Shown here piece after piece: positions 14,125-28,399 of a DNA stretch of 64,000 nt. This DNA is from Chromera velia. Its lineage: Eukaryota. The first letter of the stretch is position 1. Each line of letters opens with the position of its first letter. Made by a program: the position numbers and the translations under genes. The stretch is from the NCBI GenBank assembly GCA_018398765.1, contig JAHBMJ010000002.1, positions 1-64,000 of the forward strand. Direction: 5' to 3'. Under the pieces are notes generated by a model. That model saw nothing but the letters and a program-made list of their open reading frames with translations. It did not search any database and had not been told where the DNA came from.

Positions 14125-15480
14125 AGAGAGAGGATTGCACAACAGTCGGAATCGAATTGGAGTCGCTTCTTCCCTTCCGTTTTCTCCCCATCCACTCTCG
14201 GGCTCAGGCTCTTTCTTGCATCTTTTTTTCAATGAATGGACTGGTTGGTTTGTCTTTTCGTTTTGTGTTTTGGCAGCAATCTCCCCTGCAGGCACTCCAC
14301 ATTATTCATTACCGGCATCCATCCCACCGGTGCACCTCCTTTACAAATTAAAGACTCGACTGTATTCTGGACTGACTTACCAATTTTTTGAATTTCGCCG
14401 CCTCCTCGTTCGCCTCTGCCAGCTGATCTTGCAAAAACGTGTTGCGCTCGGTCAGCTTTTGAGTCTGAGTCGTCAACCGTTCCAGCTCCCCCTGGAGTTC
14501 CGCTGCATGATTTGAATTCATCCAGACAGGCAGGCCCACACACAAATGCATGAATGCATCTGCATGAATGCATGCAAGAAAAGAAAGAATGCTGCCTCTC
14601 TCAGAGTGATATGGCGATTGATTGAAGTAGACCGCGGGGCGTCCTCTCAGTGCATCTTCTTCTTCTTCTTCTCCGAAAACGAACATGCTGCTGCATCGCT
14701 GCTCTCTCTTTTCTATCTGCACTGAAAGAAAGATGAACCTCGTTGGTGCCCATCCGGTAACTGCAGACTAGCTGCAGATGGGCTGAAAGCATGTTCACAA
14801 AGCAAAACAAGGCACGCAAAAGCTTCGAGAGTGAAGATAGCGTTCGAGCACATGCAGGGACCCGCATGCACTCTCAGACTGACCCAGAGAACCACCATCG
14901 CCGCCCCCTCCCCCCTCAGCTCCCCTACTGATCCCCAGCCCCCCTCTCTCCCTCAGTCTGAAGACAAGTGTCATATCTGCAGGGGAGAAGACGAGCAGAA
15001 TGAATGGTTTGCACCAGAGGACAACGCGTTGCCCAGCAGTGTTGTCAGAGGAGACAGCTACACTGCAGGCCAGCCGCTGGGACGGGGGACACGAGCAGGT
15101 GAGAGTTTGAGGCATGGGGCAAGATTGCCCCCGTTTCCGTTTCCAGCTTCCATACTGAATCTCTTTTTATCTTTTCCATTCATCGGCTGCGTGGCGCCTT
15201 TTTCTCCACTCCTTTTTTGCCTCGCTCTTTGACAATCGAACAGGAGGGCTTCCCAGGTCACATTCCCACATATCCGATTTGTCCTCCTTTGTGCTTGCTC
15301 TTCCCCGCACAACCCGTTTCTCCCTCCACCTTCGGCCGGCAACCCCCCCTCCCCAGCCCTTCTCTCTGGCTTACATTCGTTCATGAGGGACTCGTAAGGC
15401 TTGGTCGCTTCGTCTCGCTTCCTGAGGCCCTCCAGGAAGGCCCTCTTCCATCCACTCTGAGGCATGTGCCCATCGTACAT
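5181..15480 (-). CDS. ATG16: ATG16/ATG16L-like protein (N-terminal ATG5-binding helix, coiled coil, C-terminal WD40 propeller); many small exons
   Basis: First exon M(YDGHM)PQSGWKRAFLEGLRKRDEA resembles the ATG16 'WK..I...L..RD' helix. Coiled-coil exons: ~14370-14506 AAELQGELERLTTQTQKLTERN; ~13163-13237; ~12690-12787; ~12242-12316 EELTLENHRVIEELLYYKERE; ~11466-11652 AERLNEMQ (similar to ATG16 'EA.RLN'). WD40 exons: ~8355-8432 ALDDRTCKLWDF; ~7965-8075 TGHRNGTVMILSLR; ~7214-7288 VTGVKISEDMSSFVTQSKGEDNTVK; ~6815-6865 VWDLR; ~6287-6365; last exon LEWTPFGVVSGSKEGRLTFWD to the stop at 5181. Confidence 0.68.
6667..6810. repeat. Intronic compound microsatellite (CA)n/(GA)n/(GACA)n
   Basis: Directly visible. 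Confidence 0.95.
7773..7950. repeat. Intronic compound microsatellite (CT)n/(CTGT)n/(CA)n
   Basis: Directly visible. Confidence 0.95.
9521..9705. repeat. Intronic (CA)n/(CACACG)n microsatellite
   Basis: Directly visible. Confidence 0.95.
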
Positions 15481-16152
15481 TTTCTCTTCGACAGCTTTGT
15501 ACACACAAGACAACAAACGCCATGCATGAAAGAGGGCACCCGTCCAAAACGAACCGAGCCACCACTCTACAATTTAGCTCGGTCTCGATATGCTTGGAGG
15601 TAAGTGGATCGTAGCGCGTCTCGTCGGTCGATTCGCCTCTTTGAGTGCAAGCATTGACTGAGGGTCTGTGAGAGGATGCTTCGATTAGTCGCGTGTCACA
15701 ACCACCTGATCACAGAATGCATCATTATCAGCGTCCTGTTCCTGTTACTGTGACGGACAAGGCTGTTGTTCGGAGACATGAGGAGACGCGGGCGTGTTGT
15801 AAAGCTACCAAAGCCCTCGGCATGCATGCGGAATTCGGGATTAGCTCGGCCCTTTAGCTCGGTCTACACAAATTCATACACACAGAGGAAATGCATTGCC
15901 ATCGATCAGTGAAGATGCCTAGACAGGCGATCGAAGAGTCTGGAGACCCAAATTCGATCAAATTCGTGACGTATACGTTTTGTGTCTGCGCTTCAGCCTT
16001 AAATTGATTATGTGAATCCTATGATGTACTGTGAGATCGACGTGCATGTAGGCTCTCGAAGCCAAATATACAGAAGGACTGTCTTCAATATTTGACTTGA
16101 ATTTTTCCACCGTTGGGGATCTTTGATTTATCGACTGTAACTGCATGACAAG

Positions 16153-16566
16153 ATGCCCACTCTTTCTCTCAATTTTCAGTGCTGGGGTCCTTGCACTAAG
16201 AAAAGCCTTGTCTATGCGTCCATTGTATTCGTCTCCTTGCTCTTGATGCTGACTCCCTTTTACTTGTCCCACTGGCGAAATTCGTACTCTTCTTCCCCCC
16301 CCCCCTCGAGATTCGCTCTAGACCCTATGAAGGAGCCCTCAAGTCGGGATGTCCTTGAGGAGCTTCGGGGGCTCGAGAAAAGATTGGGCGAGAGGTTGGA
16401 TGTGCTTTCGAGTAAGTCGCAGACTCTCTTGAGCAGAGTAGGGGACATTCAGCTTCGTCTCAAGGCCGTGGAAGACTCTCTGTCTCCGTCTACGTCCCCG
16501 TCTCCTCCAGAGGCGGGGAGACGCCTTCTGTTGGAGGGGACCGGAAAAAGAAACACGCGACAGTGA
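16153..16566 (+). CDS. Hypothetical type II membrane protein with coiled coil (may be the first exon of a longer gene running into the gap)
   Basis: ATG-initiated 137-aa ORF with a hydrophobic segment (LVYASIVFVSLLLMLTPFYL) followed by the heptad stretch LEELRGLEKRLGERLDVLSSKSQTLLSRVGDIQLRLKAVE. Divergent from the ATG16-like gene. Confidence 0.45.
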   Translation: MPTLSLNFQCWGPCTKKSLVYASIVFVSLLLMLTPFYLSHWRNSYSSSPPPSRFALDPMKEPSSRDVLEELRGLEKRLGERLDVLSSKSQTLLSRVGDIQLRLKAVEDSLSPSTSPSPPEAGRRLLLEGTGKRNTRQ

Positions 16567-17028
16567 GAATATTAATCAAATATTCTCGCTGGTCTGTTTT
16601 TTGACTCAGGACAAAATTTAGGTGGATTGGACAGAAAGGGGAAGAGGGGTAGGCTCAGGTTCGAGAAGGTTGAAACAGGAAAAGAAAAGACGAGGATAGG
16701 TTTGTGTAGGGAGGGAGGGAGAGATAGCCCCGGCCTTGTTCGGAGACAGACAGGTGGGTCCCTCAATGGTACACTGGACGGAGAGAGCTTCCGAGAGTCT
16801 ACAGCAGCCGGCTGTGTGTGCTCTCGGCATAGCGTTGCCTCTTCTTTGCTCCGAATCTTACTTTCTCCGTTCAACATCGAAGCTTCCCCCCCCCCCCCTC
16901 GAGACACTGAGATGAGGAGAGGAAGAGGAGCAGGGAAAGGGAAAGAGGGCGCGACAAGACGTTGGACGGGAAGGCAGCAAACTAACTGCTTCTCTGTTCG
17001 TTTCAATCCCTCCTCAGGAGTCGGCACG

Positions 17029-17227
17029 NNNNNNNNNNNNNNNNNNNNNNNNNNNNNNNNNNNNNNNNNNNNNNNNNNNNNNNNNNNNNNNNNNNNNNNN
17101 NNNNNNNNNNNNNNNNNNNNNNNNNNNNNNNNNNNNNNNNNNNNNNNNNNNNNNNNNNNNNNNNNNNNNNNNNNNNNNNNNNNNNNNNNNNNNNNNNNNN
17201 NNNNNNNNNNNNNNNNNNNNNNNNNNN
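17029..17227. other. Assembly gap (N run)
   Basis: Run of n. Confidence 1.
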
Positions 17228-18868
17228 GGAGTGGGGCTGTCGAGCGATCGATAAATCTAGCCTCCGTGTGTGCCTCCTTCCGAGGGTTCCCTTTCCCGTC
17301 TCTGTGTACATCATTCTTGTCGTCTAGGAAAGCAGCCCTTCCTCCCATCAGCCTCATGTCCGTCTGAGGCGTTCTGTTTGCCTCAAATTTCCGATACGGA
17401 AACCTCGTTGGAGAGAGCTAGGCGAGGAGGTCTGGGTACGGAATCGTGTGGGACCGCACCAAATCGATGCAGAAAGGTCCGTGCCCTCGGTGGCCCCTCA
17501 CTGCAGTGCAGGGTAGGGTACCGAGGGAAAGAGGTAACTTCCGTTAAGCAGTCTAGACAGAGCGGGAGTGTAAGGTCGGTGTGAGATCCCTTGGTCCTCA
17601 CCCTAGCTGTCTCTCGCTCAGAAGGCGGCCTAGACCGCCATGCCTTCTCTGATCCCGGATCCCCTGTGTAATGACTTCCCGTTTCTCTGTTCGTCAATTG
17701 GTTGGCCAGGCTCACAGAAGAGAAAGGGCGCTGATCGGATGAAGAGGCGGGAAGCGGAGAGGGAGGGGATAGGATCTCGACTGATCAGACTAGTCTGCGT
17801 CGAGTCGAGCTTTGTTGTTTGGCCTGAATAGAGGCAAAGGCGAGAGAGCGATCAGTAAAAGAACCGCCTCAGGCGAGCAGCGGTTTCAAGAAGTACAGAT
17901 CACAGAGAAATCAGTCGAGTCGCTCCAAACCCCCACATGCATCTAGTCGTACAGCCAGGCTCAGAAACAAAGGAATCAAAAGGAATGAAGCGATGCACGG
18001 GGAAGCAAAGAAAATTGGTAAGTCCTGGTTTCCTTCGATCTTTCTCCCCCTGTGTCATTACCCTTTCAGAGTTGGCCCCTAAATCATCACCTCATTTGTT
18101 TATCAAGAGTTTGTTCAGCTTTGCTGATGCGCTTCCTAGTGCGCTTCACACTGGCATACACTGGCTCCAGGAGTGCACCCCCGAGCCCCTGCCGCGCAGT
18201 GAACTTTCAAATTGATCGAAACATGATTCGATGAACACAATACGATCCGAGTGGCATATGCCATTTGGATTGCTAGATGGATTGGACAGAATTTGCGATT
18301 TAAACTTTCGTTTAAACTCGAGCATCATCATCAAATAACATGATCTGGCACATAATATGTATCGTCATAATCACTGCATAATTAAATTGCTATAAGCTAC
18401 TAGTAGATAAATCATTAGGGTTGAACCCGCATTACTAGCCACATCATATAATTTTGCTAGTAATTTTGCATGAGACTTAAATATACTTAAATTAATAAAT
18501 TTTAATTAGGAGTTTTCATTCTGCGAAATTCAACGTACTAATGTAATTTATCAATTTTAAACTTTAAAGTTAAATAGATGTTTTAATACTACTCTGCTCT
18601 ATAGAATATAATAAGCTGTATATTCAACATAATTAGTATCTAGATACAAATATAGGAAAAGAGGATTCTAAACACGGCGCCGTGATGGCGGTTCCGATCC
18701 ATCCAAGTTCAACATATAGACTCAATCGGGCTAGTCTCTCACGATGTTTAAATCATGTTTTAGTACATACTAAATATTTTTTCGATATTTCCAATTTTCT
18801 ATGTTTCTAGCTATGTTTGTTAAAAACGTTTTTTAAGCATATAGTGCTTTGTTGTTGTTTGTTAGCTT

Positions 18869-19347
18869 TCACTGCCGTGCAGGCCATCGGGAGCTCCACA
18901 CAGCCAACGCACTTGATCGAGAGACCACCTTCAGCTCCACAGACGCACGGGGTTTCTTTTCGTCTGCTCCCCTGCCACTTGCCTGACTATGCACCAGAAG
19001 GGCACGGAAGGGCGCGAGGACCTGAAGTGACTCCTCAGGAGGGGGAGTTTGCCAGACGACCCTCTCGAGCCCTGCGTCTGCAGACGTCTTGGTCCTCTTC
19101 TCTGTGTCTGCATGCACAATGATCAGAGGACGTAACTTGAACACACACTCGAAACAGCCTGAGCCCATCTAAGGTGGCACACGGAGCGATAGAGACACAC
19201 GCACAAAGACGACGGCTCAACACACACGACAGAGACACACACGACGGCTCAACACAGGAAGTCCAACGAGAAGCGCACAAATTAAAGACGAACGAAGAGG
19301 GTAGCCCCGGCGAACGAAATCGAAAGCCAAGGAACGGATGTTTGGGA

Positions 19348-19380
<33 letters not shown>

Positions 19381-19399
19381 CATATATATATATATATAT

Positions 19400-19437
<38 letters not shown>

Positions 19438-22400
19438 GGGGGGGGGGCGGGAAGGATTGTGGAGTCGGCGGCAAGAGAGAAATCGGAGACGGGCCCGAAG
19501 GTGCACGGGGTGTGAGCACGCGCAAGCCTTTTTCTTCCTGCGGAAAATGCCTGTTGGTTTCTTCCCTCCGTTGACGAACCAAACCAACCGTGTTCTTTGA
19601 AGATGACCGTCAGTCGTCCTTCTTGAGAAAGCACCAACTCAAAAGTACCCTGTGGTTTTTCGTGTCCTTTCACCTTACTCGAATTCTCCGCGGAAGCAAC
19701 CACCCGTTTCTCCGATCGTCGTCCGGTCAAAGCAGCCATGCTGCGAGTGGTCATCTCCCCCACCCACTGCCCCCATCCCTTTGGGCGGCCACACTCTGAC
19801 TCGACTGCAGAAGCTGCACCGGTGAACCTGGCCTTGTTCTTCTCTGCAACTCTGCCTGTGAGAGGCTTCACTTCATCATCCGGGTCCTCCGGCACCCCGT
19901 CTCTCATCATTCTGAGGCCCATTTCTGCCCTCTCTTGCAGGCGTGCAGTGGGACTCTGCAACGCGGCCGTGCGGAGGCGCACAGGTGTTCCCTGCTCAGA
20001 CCCGATCTCCGACTCCTCCACCTCTGTGTGGTCGTCCTCAACAAAACTCTGAGGGGGGGAGGACCATATGAGGCGGCTCTCTGAAGAGTCGGCTGGACTC
20101 AGCCAGACCTGGATTTGCCCTGCAGGAAGAAAGGTGAAAAACGTGAGAGAGGGCGTTGAGCAAACCTGGGAAGATGGATAGGCGGAGGGATGGTCTCTCT
20201 GGAATTGAAAGGCACTTTACGCATTTGTCTATCTAATTTTAACAATCACGCAAAAATCGAAAACAAAGTACATGTTTTCTGCCTTTCACAATATTACTAT
20301 TCCCTGCCTCACGACTGCCCATCCTCCTGCAAGCTGACTGGCTGAGCTGACCGTTTTGTGGGTGTAAGAGTAAGAAGGCGTTGCCGTTTTCAGAGAAGAG
20401 GACGTCCATTCCTGCCCTCAGAGAAGAAGAACGATCGGTCTTGGAGGCCTGGGAGTCCAGATAGGGCAGTCGTCTGCCCTCAGGCTCTCCTCTGTTTAGG
20501 GAGCGTCGAGAATCAACAGGGTTTAGAGGGAGGCTTCGAGATGAGGAGGAGAAAGGATTCGATCGCAGACTGAGAGTTTGAGCAGCGCTGTGCATTGCTG
20601 CAGACTGTGGATAAATCTGGGGGCGGACGTTTTGTTCCTGCACGTCACTTGACGCACCAGCTCTGGGCGTTGAGACTGTGTTCGTCTCCCCTGCCTCACT
20701 TGTTCCTTTTCTAGAGCCATTCGAAGCCTTCGGACAGCGCCATTTCAGACAACCGCAGTAGAAGAGGACGACAAACAGACCCCCTGAAAGGCCAAAAGGC
20801 ACCAACGTCACAACAGGAAGGAACCAGACACACTGAGTAAAATCAGAGGTGCAAGATTCTTCAGCTGAGTCCGTGCTGTCTTCAGAAGTTTGTGTTGTTG
20901 TTGTCTCTGTGGGAGAGGGTGTGACTGCAGATCCACTTTCAGAAGAAGAGGATCCCCCCGACGAATCAGCAGACCCCCCTCCGTCTCCCCCTTCTGCCCC
21001 CTCGTCGGAATCCGAAGAAGAAATCGACAGCGCATATCCCAGACGGGTGGCTTGAAGCTGTCTCCTTTGTACCCTCCCTTCCGCTTGTTCACCTCCCTCC
21101 TCCTCCTCAACCCAGGAATTTCCTAAGTCCTCCTCCCTTCCCTCAGGCTCCTCCCGGGTGTGCAACTGCCGTCTCCTTCTGGCGGTGCTGCAAGAGAATT
21201 CCAGGGATCCCGACACGACCCCTGCCAGAACTCCATTCGCCTCTGTACTCAGCTCGAGAACTGTCACCCCTGCAGCGGAGGGGAGCACTGTGGCCTCCGC
21301 AAAGCCTCTTTCGATCGTTAGAGCAGCACTCAGAGTGCACGTCGCTGCAGGCCATTCGACAGCAAAGACGCGGATTGACACTGTCCCTGAGAACGAAATT
21401 TCGTTCGCGCTCTCCGCGTCTGCCCTCGTCAGAGTGACCTCGAAGGGGTCATCTGTCCAGTCATCCGACGACAAAAGAAAACGCTCAGTGACAGCGTTGC
21501 GGGCCTTCAGAGTCGTGCGGATGCCCCCTACTGTGGAATTCGTTTCATTTCCGCTGAAGGGGGGGGGGGAGAAAAGGAGGAATCCGGGATGAATGCAGCG
21601 AATTCCGTTACCATACCCGGAGAAACAGCTGCAAAGGAAGCTGCCGAAAGATTTCTCGCACCTCGCTTTCTGGTGACAGTTATGCGTTCCTGATGCGCAC
21701 TCGTCCACGTTTCCAAATCGTGCCAGCACAGGGTCGTGGTCAGACGCTGGTTGGGAGAACTCACTGTTCACATGCACGATGTCGATTTCGGACATCGCAG
21801 CAAGAGAGGGAGAGACGATAATGTGATCCAGAGCCTGCATAGAGGAAATCAGGCGACGCGCGCCATAGAGTCAGTGCAGGGCCCATGCAGCTAATGGGGC
21901 CGTCGGGCCAGACGCTCTGTGGATCTCCGCGCCATGCACGACTCTGCGGAACTCCCAGATTCGTACTGTCGGAAAAGGGAGCAGCATGGAGGTGTGAGAG
22001 AAACTGCATGCGTCAACTCTCATCCTGAAAGGATGTCCTTCAGAATTGATGCCCTGAGGTCTCCTTCCAAGGGAAGATTTGGGAGACCCGGTCATCTTGA
22101 TCGTCCAGCGGCATGAAAATGCATTTTGTCTGTCTACTCTTCCAAATGACAACGATGACAGCAAGTTATTGTTGGATCATTGTCACTCAGAGTCATTCCA
22201 CTTTTCATATAGCTGAGAAACCTACCTGAGCTCTCCCAGAGAAAATGTAGGTGTAGCGTTCTGTCTCCGGAAGAGTTCCTGTGAGGACGGTGTAGTTGAG
22301 AGAGGACGCAAAGGACGCGACTGGACTCACAAAGTCGAATTCGTTGAAGTCCCCCAAAATGACGACCTGCAAGCAGAAAAGCACTCTCGCAGAAGTTCGC

Positions 22401-25400
22401 AATTCTGTCCCAACATTATCAACTTCTGAAAAGGCTCTGGGCTGTCAGCGACTCATTCAGGTTACATCACCTGATCCAAAATACCGGCCCGTTTGTCTTT
22501 TCTCTCCCTCGTTGGAAATCTGTACCAGACATAATCTCATCAATCGTCGTACCTTTTCCTTGTCCTGCACGAAAGCCTGCACGACCTCAGATTGTGCACG
22601 CCTCCTGTCCACGTTTCCGTTGACTTCTGCGTCCTCTTGCCGCGTCTCAAAGGGCTGCACAAAAAAACCCACACAGTTCAAAAAGGTACAGCCACACGGG
22701 TGTGAAGGGCTGGCTGCCAGGGGCAGATCCACAAAACATTTGCACGTACGCTAGAAGGGCAAATGCACAGAGAGAGACTGATTGAGTGAGGGAGACCGGG
22801 TAGCAGTCGATGGACCCGATTGCAATACGAGGTCAAATAAGACAGATTGATCATGCAGCAAGTGGAATTCTGATTGACTTTCCCTGCATGCCATATCGAT
22901 TCCTCATCCTACGTGTGCCAAGAGATCGACTAGCTGTCCATACGAGTGTGGCGGGGCAGCCCAGTAGATGCGGAGCAAAGACAATCCTCGTCGAAGATCT
23001 AGGAAGGACGTCTGCTGCCTTCACGGTTGTCGATCCTCCACACCCACCAACTTCCTTGTCTTCTTTGCACGCGGATGCATGGAAAATCGACCGTTTTTAG
23101 TCAGGCGGGCCTCCTTTCGTTTCTGTTATTGTCAAATTCGAGTCATTGAACAGAAATATGCGCTCACCTGTATTCTGCCCATGTAAGTTGCGCTTCCTCC
23201 TTTTGAGGTGAAGTGCACGTTGACTACAGTAACGTTCTCTCCCAGGAAGCCGAAAACGCAGGCGAGAGGCTGCCGCGAATTTGTGAAGGCCGGCGAGGTC
23301 GAGTTCTCCACCAGCTGCACACAGCCACGCACTGACTCATTGACCCACTGACTCACCGACTCACTGACTGACTGAGTAAGTGACTGGCTGCGCGAGTGAG
23401 TTAGTGATTGAGGTTGAAGAGGACTGCATGAAATTGTCTGAGTATAATCATACGTCCCGAGAATTGGCTTCGCGACGGCACATGGACCTTTGAAAAGGAG
23501 GTTATGCCTCCATGATGGCTCCTTCCAAGATGCTGCTCTCAATCGTTTCGTCCACCAAAACTGATGATAGAACATGAATGCAGTACTTCACAGTATCGGT
23601 CTTTGGTTTTATTGAGGGGACACGTACATGCTGTTATCAATACAATCAACAGGGACACAGAGCATCTCTTCCTCATTTTCCGACAGGCCAACCTTCAAAA
23701 CCGTCTCCTGACGACAGCATACCCCCCCCCCCTCCAGTCCCTCCCTCACTGACTGACCGTGCAGGGTTCAGACTCCAGAGAGACCCTCTGGGAGTTGTAC
23801 AGAAATGCGTTCCGGATGTTTCCCCCGGGTTGGCCTCCGAAAGCGCCGTCTTGAGGATCGATGTCTGTGAATGAGTAGGAGGGGCCGCCTGCTGACGAAA
23901 TTGCTGCGACAAGGGCCTGCAGCAGCGCAGACATGGAAATGCAGGATTTCAGGGGGTGAGAGCAAGAAACGGAAGAGCTCCCTCTTATTGACAGCTGGTT
24001 CTCCCAAAGGCATGCTTGCAAATCAAATGATTGCCATGTTCTACACATATTGGCAATTCACCAAAAGCTCCTCCTCACTAGTTTACAAAGGTACCTTCTA
24101 AATATTATACATGAAGCAATATCATGCGCATATCATCAACCCACCGAAAGAGTGTCATCAGCTGATGTCGTGCCGTCGTTTGTCGACCCACTGTTGTCCT
24201 GCACCTCCTGCAGTCCCACAATGTCGGGGGCCTTCAGGCGATTCGCGACGATTCTGCCCAGAGCCGTGAACCTGCACTCAATTACGAGGAAATACAGCAT
24301 ACCACTGACCAGCAAAGAGCGACCTTCATACGACTCTCTCAAGTATGACCTGCATGGACAGGCCCTCCACGCCATGGCGTCGATCAGGTGAGAGCCTCAG
24401 AGAGATGACTGACGACATCGGCCTTCCTTTTGCCGTCTCAGAAGCCTATATCATCACTTTCAACTTTCAAAACAAAATACAGAAACAATCTGTAGCAACG
24501 AATATGTGAGAAAAAAAACATTCCCGGCTGACCTGCCATCTGCCACGTCTGTGTCGCCATCTGCCTCATTGACGTCCAAGTTCAGAACGTTCAAGGTTGC
24601 CACAGTCAGCTTTCCCCTCCCTCCTGTGATCGTTGTCTCTTCGTACTGCAACTTTCCCTGTGCAGGCTGCTGGTGCTGGATGGTCTCTGTCGGGTAAATC
24701 TCAAAGTTCCCAAAGGAATACCCGACAACTCCAGTCACGTCACCCAAATGATCGCCCACTGAGACCTGCACACAGACGGACCTCCTTAGTTGATTTTTGA
24801 AAAGTCTTAGAGGTTGAAAAATTACGGTTGAAGTTTTGCCTGCCTGTCCGTGTGTGATTTTGCATCTTCGGTTGGAGAGTGGAAGCCTCGAAGAAAATGA
24901 GGCGCATCGAGCATTAGTAACACATTTTCTTGTACGTAGTCTTTTCAAACCAACATGGTGATGCATTCTTCTTCGCTTTTTTTCCCCTCCTACGGTTCTT
25001 TGTCTTGCCGTTTAACATGCATTGCCCACCGTTGGTATTGCCACAGTAAAGGGATAATTGTCATCGATCTGTACAATTTGAGGGTGGAAGTTTCCGTCCG
25101 AGACCGTCAAGGCCCCTCTGCTGCTGCGAGATGACGACGACAAGACGGACGAGGCTCCGTTGACTACTCCGTAAATTTCGTTGAATCTGCATGCACTTGA
25201 TTAGAGGGTGAAAAGCTGAGTATTCTGTAAAATTGTTGAATGCTCCACAGTAAGCGACAAATGTGAAAGATGCACACAGCAAATTGAAAAATGAACCTTC
25301 CTCGTACTATACAACCAGAGACCTTCGAGAAAGAGAAGAAGTGTACGTGGCATCTGAGTGAGACCACCAATTTCACCTAGCTGCCGATAATGAATGGCTG

Positions 25401-28289
25401 AGTGTGAGATATCGCTGTACCATGTGATGTCTGCGTGCGATGTTGAATGCAGACGGGAGGGATTTCTTTTTGTACTTTTCGCATTACCGTTTGGAGTTAC
25501 TCTTGTTTTCTTTTCCGTCTCTCCTCGATCAACCAGACAGCCAGCCAGCCAGCCAGCCAGCCAAACGAGCACTGGATCACACAGCAAGCAGACGTACCTG
25601 TTGGTGGGGCTGACTGCGACAACGTCTTCTGCCGTCACCCTCATTCCTTCCAGAGACTCAAAAAAGTCAATGCCGTCCTCTGCAGGTTGGAAGGCTCCAA
25701 AAGCGTCATCATCAATCAGCTGCAGGAATAAACGCAGACATCAACATTAAATTTTCACTCACTGAAAGAAACGCGCCCCTGTCGACTTACGCATGGACGG
25801 ATGAAGTCAATCCGCAGGTCTACAGCCACCATCCCTCATCCATATTCCGTTCCCGACGAATGGACAAAACAATCAGAGAATGGAAACAGTGCAGCAAACT
25901 GTGCAGGGGAAAAGAGAGCACCATTCAGATGCCCTCCTGCAAGATACACATGGCAAGAGTACCAGTTAAAGCCGTTGAGGTCATGTCAAGGCACTCACCT
26001 GCTTTGGAGGAGTCCGCCCGCTGGCTCCGATGACCACAGGGGGAGGGAGCGTGTTGATGCTGCTCAGAACAGATACAGAGGAGACAGATGAGATCTGAGT
26101 AATGGAGAGACCCCGAGCGTTCGTGCCTCCTGGAAAGAACTCAGAGACGGTCCCCTCAACCTGCAACAACATGAAGTTGCATCAAACTATGTTCCGTATC
26201 CGACCGGATTTGTTGAATTGTCAAATGTGTATATGGAGCTGCGTGACATTCTTGTCACCCTGAAAACGCATTCGGCAAAAGTGACGTTTGGATCAATGCG
26301 CCGACATGTTTTCTGTGCAAACTCCCTTGCGTTGTGTGGGCATGCCAACACTTTGCACTTTATATCTTCGAAGTTGTAAGCTGTGGAAAGCACCCGGAAG
26401 TCCTTACTCCGTCTCTGTGTGTAGCCCGCCAGCTCCATTTTGGGCAGTAGGCATGTACGGTGGCAAGAGCAAATCACTTTACTAGGTCTGTCCCAAAGAG
26501 AAAATGCCAGTCCCTCCATGTTCCGAATTCTTCATCTGATTGATTCAGGCAATTAGTCAGATGAAGGAAGGAGGGAAGAAAGGAAGAGAGCTAGGAAGAG
26601 AGGAAGAAAGGAAGGTAGCCAGAACGAAATTTTTCTCAGCGCTTCGTGCCTGTTTAATTTTTTGTCTGTTTATCGGTTAGCGTGTATGTCTGGAAGGAAG
26701 CAGATCGATGGTCACTCAATCCACTTTTCATTTTCCTCATGCACCCGTTCTCTCCCTCCCTGCTTCACTTTCATCGCTTGAAATCGATATGGCCCTCCAA
26801 TCTGGTCTCTTGATCTACCGATCCACGCTCTTTCACCACTCTTGATTCTTGGCAGCACTAGAACCGAGAAGCTTCACACACACACACACACACACATACC
26901 ATTGCACTCACTCGTCCTACCTGTGCCTCGTCCCCCACAGAGACTGTCGGAGCGCTACTGGTGAAGACGAACAGAGCGTCGGAAGTCGAGGGGTCACCAT
27001 CGCCTGTGGCATCCTGTTTTTGACAGCAGGCAGGAAGGAGAGTCACCTCGTACGCACACTATTTTTTTTACTTCTCCGCCACAAGTTCCGTGTCAACTCG
27101 AAAGGCTCAATCAGTCATGCTTCTTGCGATACAATCAAACAAAGCTCCGAGAGACATGAGAGGTCAATGCATACACACAGGAATACCAGCTTAGAACTGC
27201 AAACTCCCACCCTTCTTTTCTTCCTCATATTCTTCCTTTCACTCTGCTTCCGAGCACAAAACATTTTGAGCAGTGCACCAACTAGCAGACTCTGAAGCCA
27301 ACTCACCCAGTCCCCCCTCACCTGTAAGTAGAACCCGTTAGAGTCCACAGCCGTGACGATGCCCTTTGTGCGCACCTGAGTGCCTGCAACCACCAGAGTG
27401 CTGGCAGCAGCGTTGGAGTAAGAGCCGTTCAGAGAGGGCACCAGCGGGGAGACGTGGGAGCTTCCCTGGATGGCGTAGATAAGAGTGGTAGTCAGACTGG
27501 TGGTACCTGTCGTGGTGGCAGTTGAGGAGGTTGTGGTGGTAATGGTGGTCGTGGTCGTGGTGATGGTGATTGTGGTGTCTGCAGAGGCAAGAACAAACAT
27601 CTAAGAAGAGTAAGGGCTGCAATTTGTTCGCATTTATGTACGCGGTGTGTGTACAAAGTGTACTCCATTCGATCCTCCCCGTCTGCTGCATCACCGCGTC
27701 AGACAGGAAAAAAGAGAGCCTCCAAAAGCAGGACCGCTAGGTGCACAGATCATCGCAGCAAGCATGCCCAGGGAACCGAGTGCGAAATCGGTCTTCATTT
27801 TTGTATGGTACGCCGCAATGTTGCATTTTACTTTGACTGTTGATGCTTTGCTGAATCCTATCCTTCGCCTAGGGATATCCAACTGAAGTTTTCCGAGCTG
27901 TCTAACAAGATTCAACACTCCCAGTGCATCAACGTGTGGAGTTGAGAGAGCTCTGTGCGGCACGACTGACTTTGGCCGGCTGTCGGAGTATTATCAGTGC
28001 CCAGGTGGAAATCCGACATCAACCAGTCGGATTTTGCATCTGTGTCCACACCGTCAGAAGCTCGTCGCACTCCTGCAGTGGATCATCACCCGGCACATGT
28101 ATGCGGTTGTAGTGCAGGAGATTACCAATGTCAATGAACGAACGAACGAACGAACGAACTGCCAATGACCAAGGAGGTCAGCAAGACGGACAGACAGACA
28201 GATAGACAGACAGACAGAAAGACAGAAAGACAGAAACACAGAAACAAACAAACAAACAAAGAAAGAAAGAAAGAAAGAAAGAGAGAAAG

Positions 28290-28330
<41 letters not shown>

Positions 28331-28367
28331 AGGAAAGAAAGAAAGAAAGAAGGAGAGAAAAAAAGAA

Positions 28368-28399
<32 letters not shown>

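Noticed and set aside
16572..17367. ORFs spanning X residues
   Set aside because: Their length is inflated by the N gap, so they cannot be evaluated.
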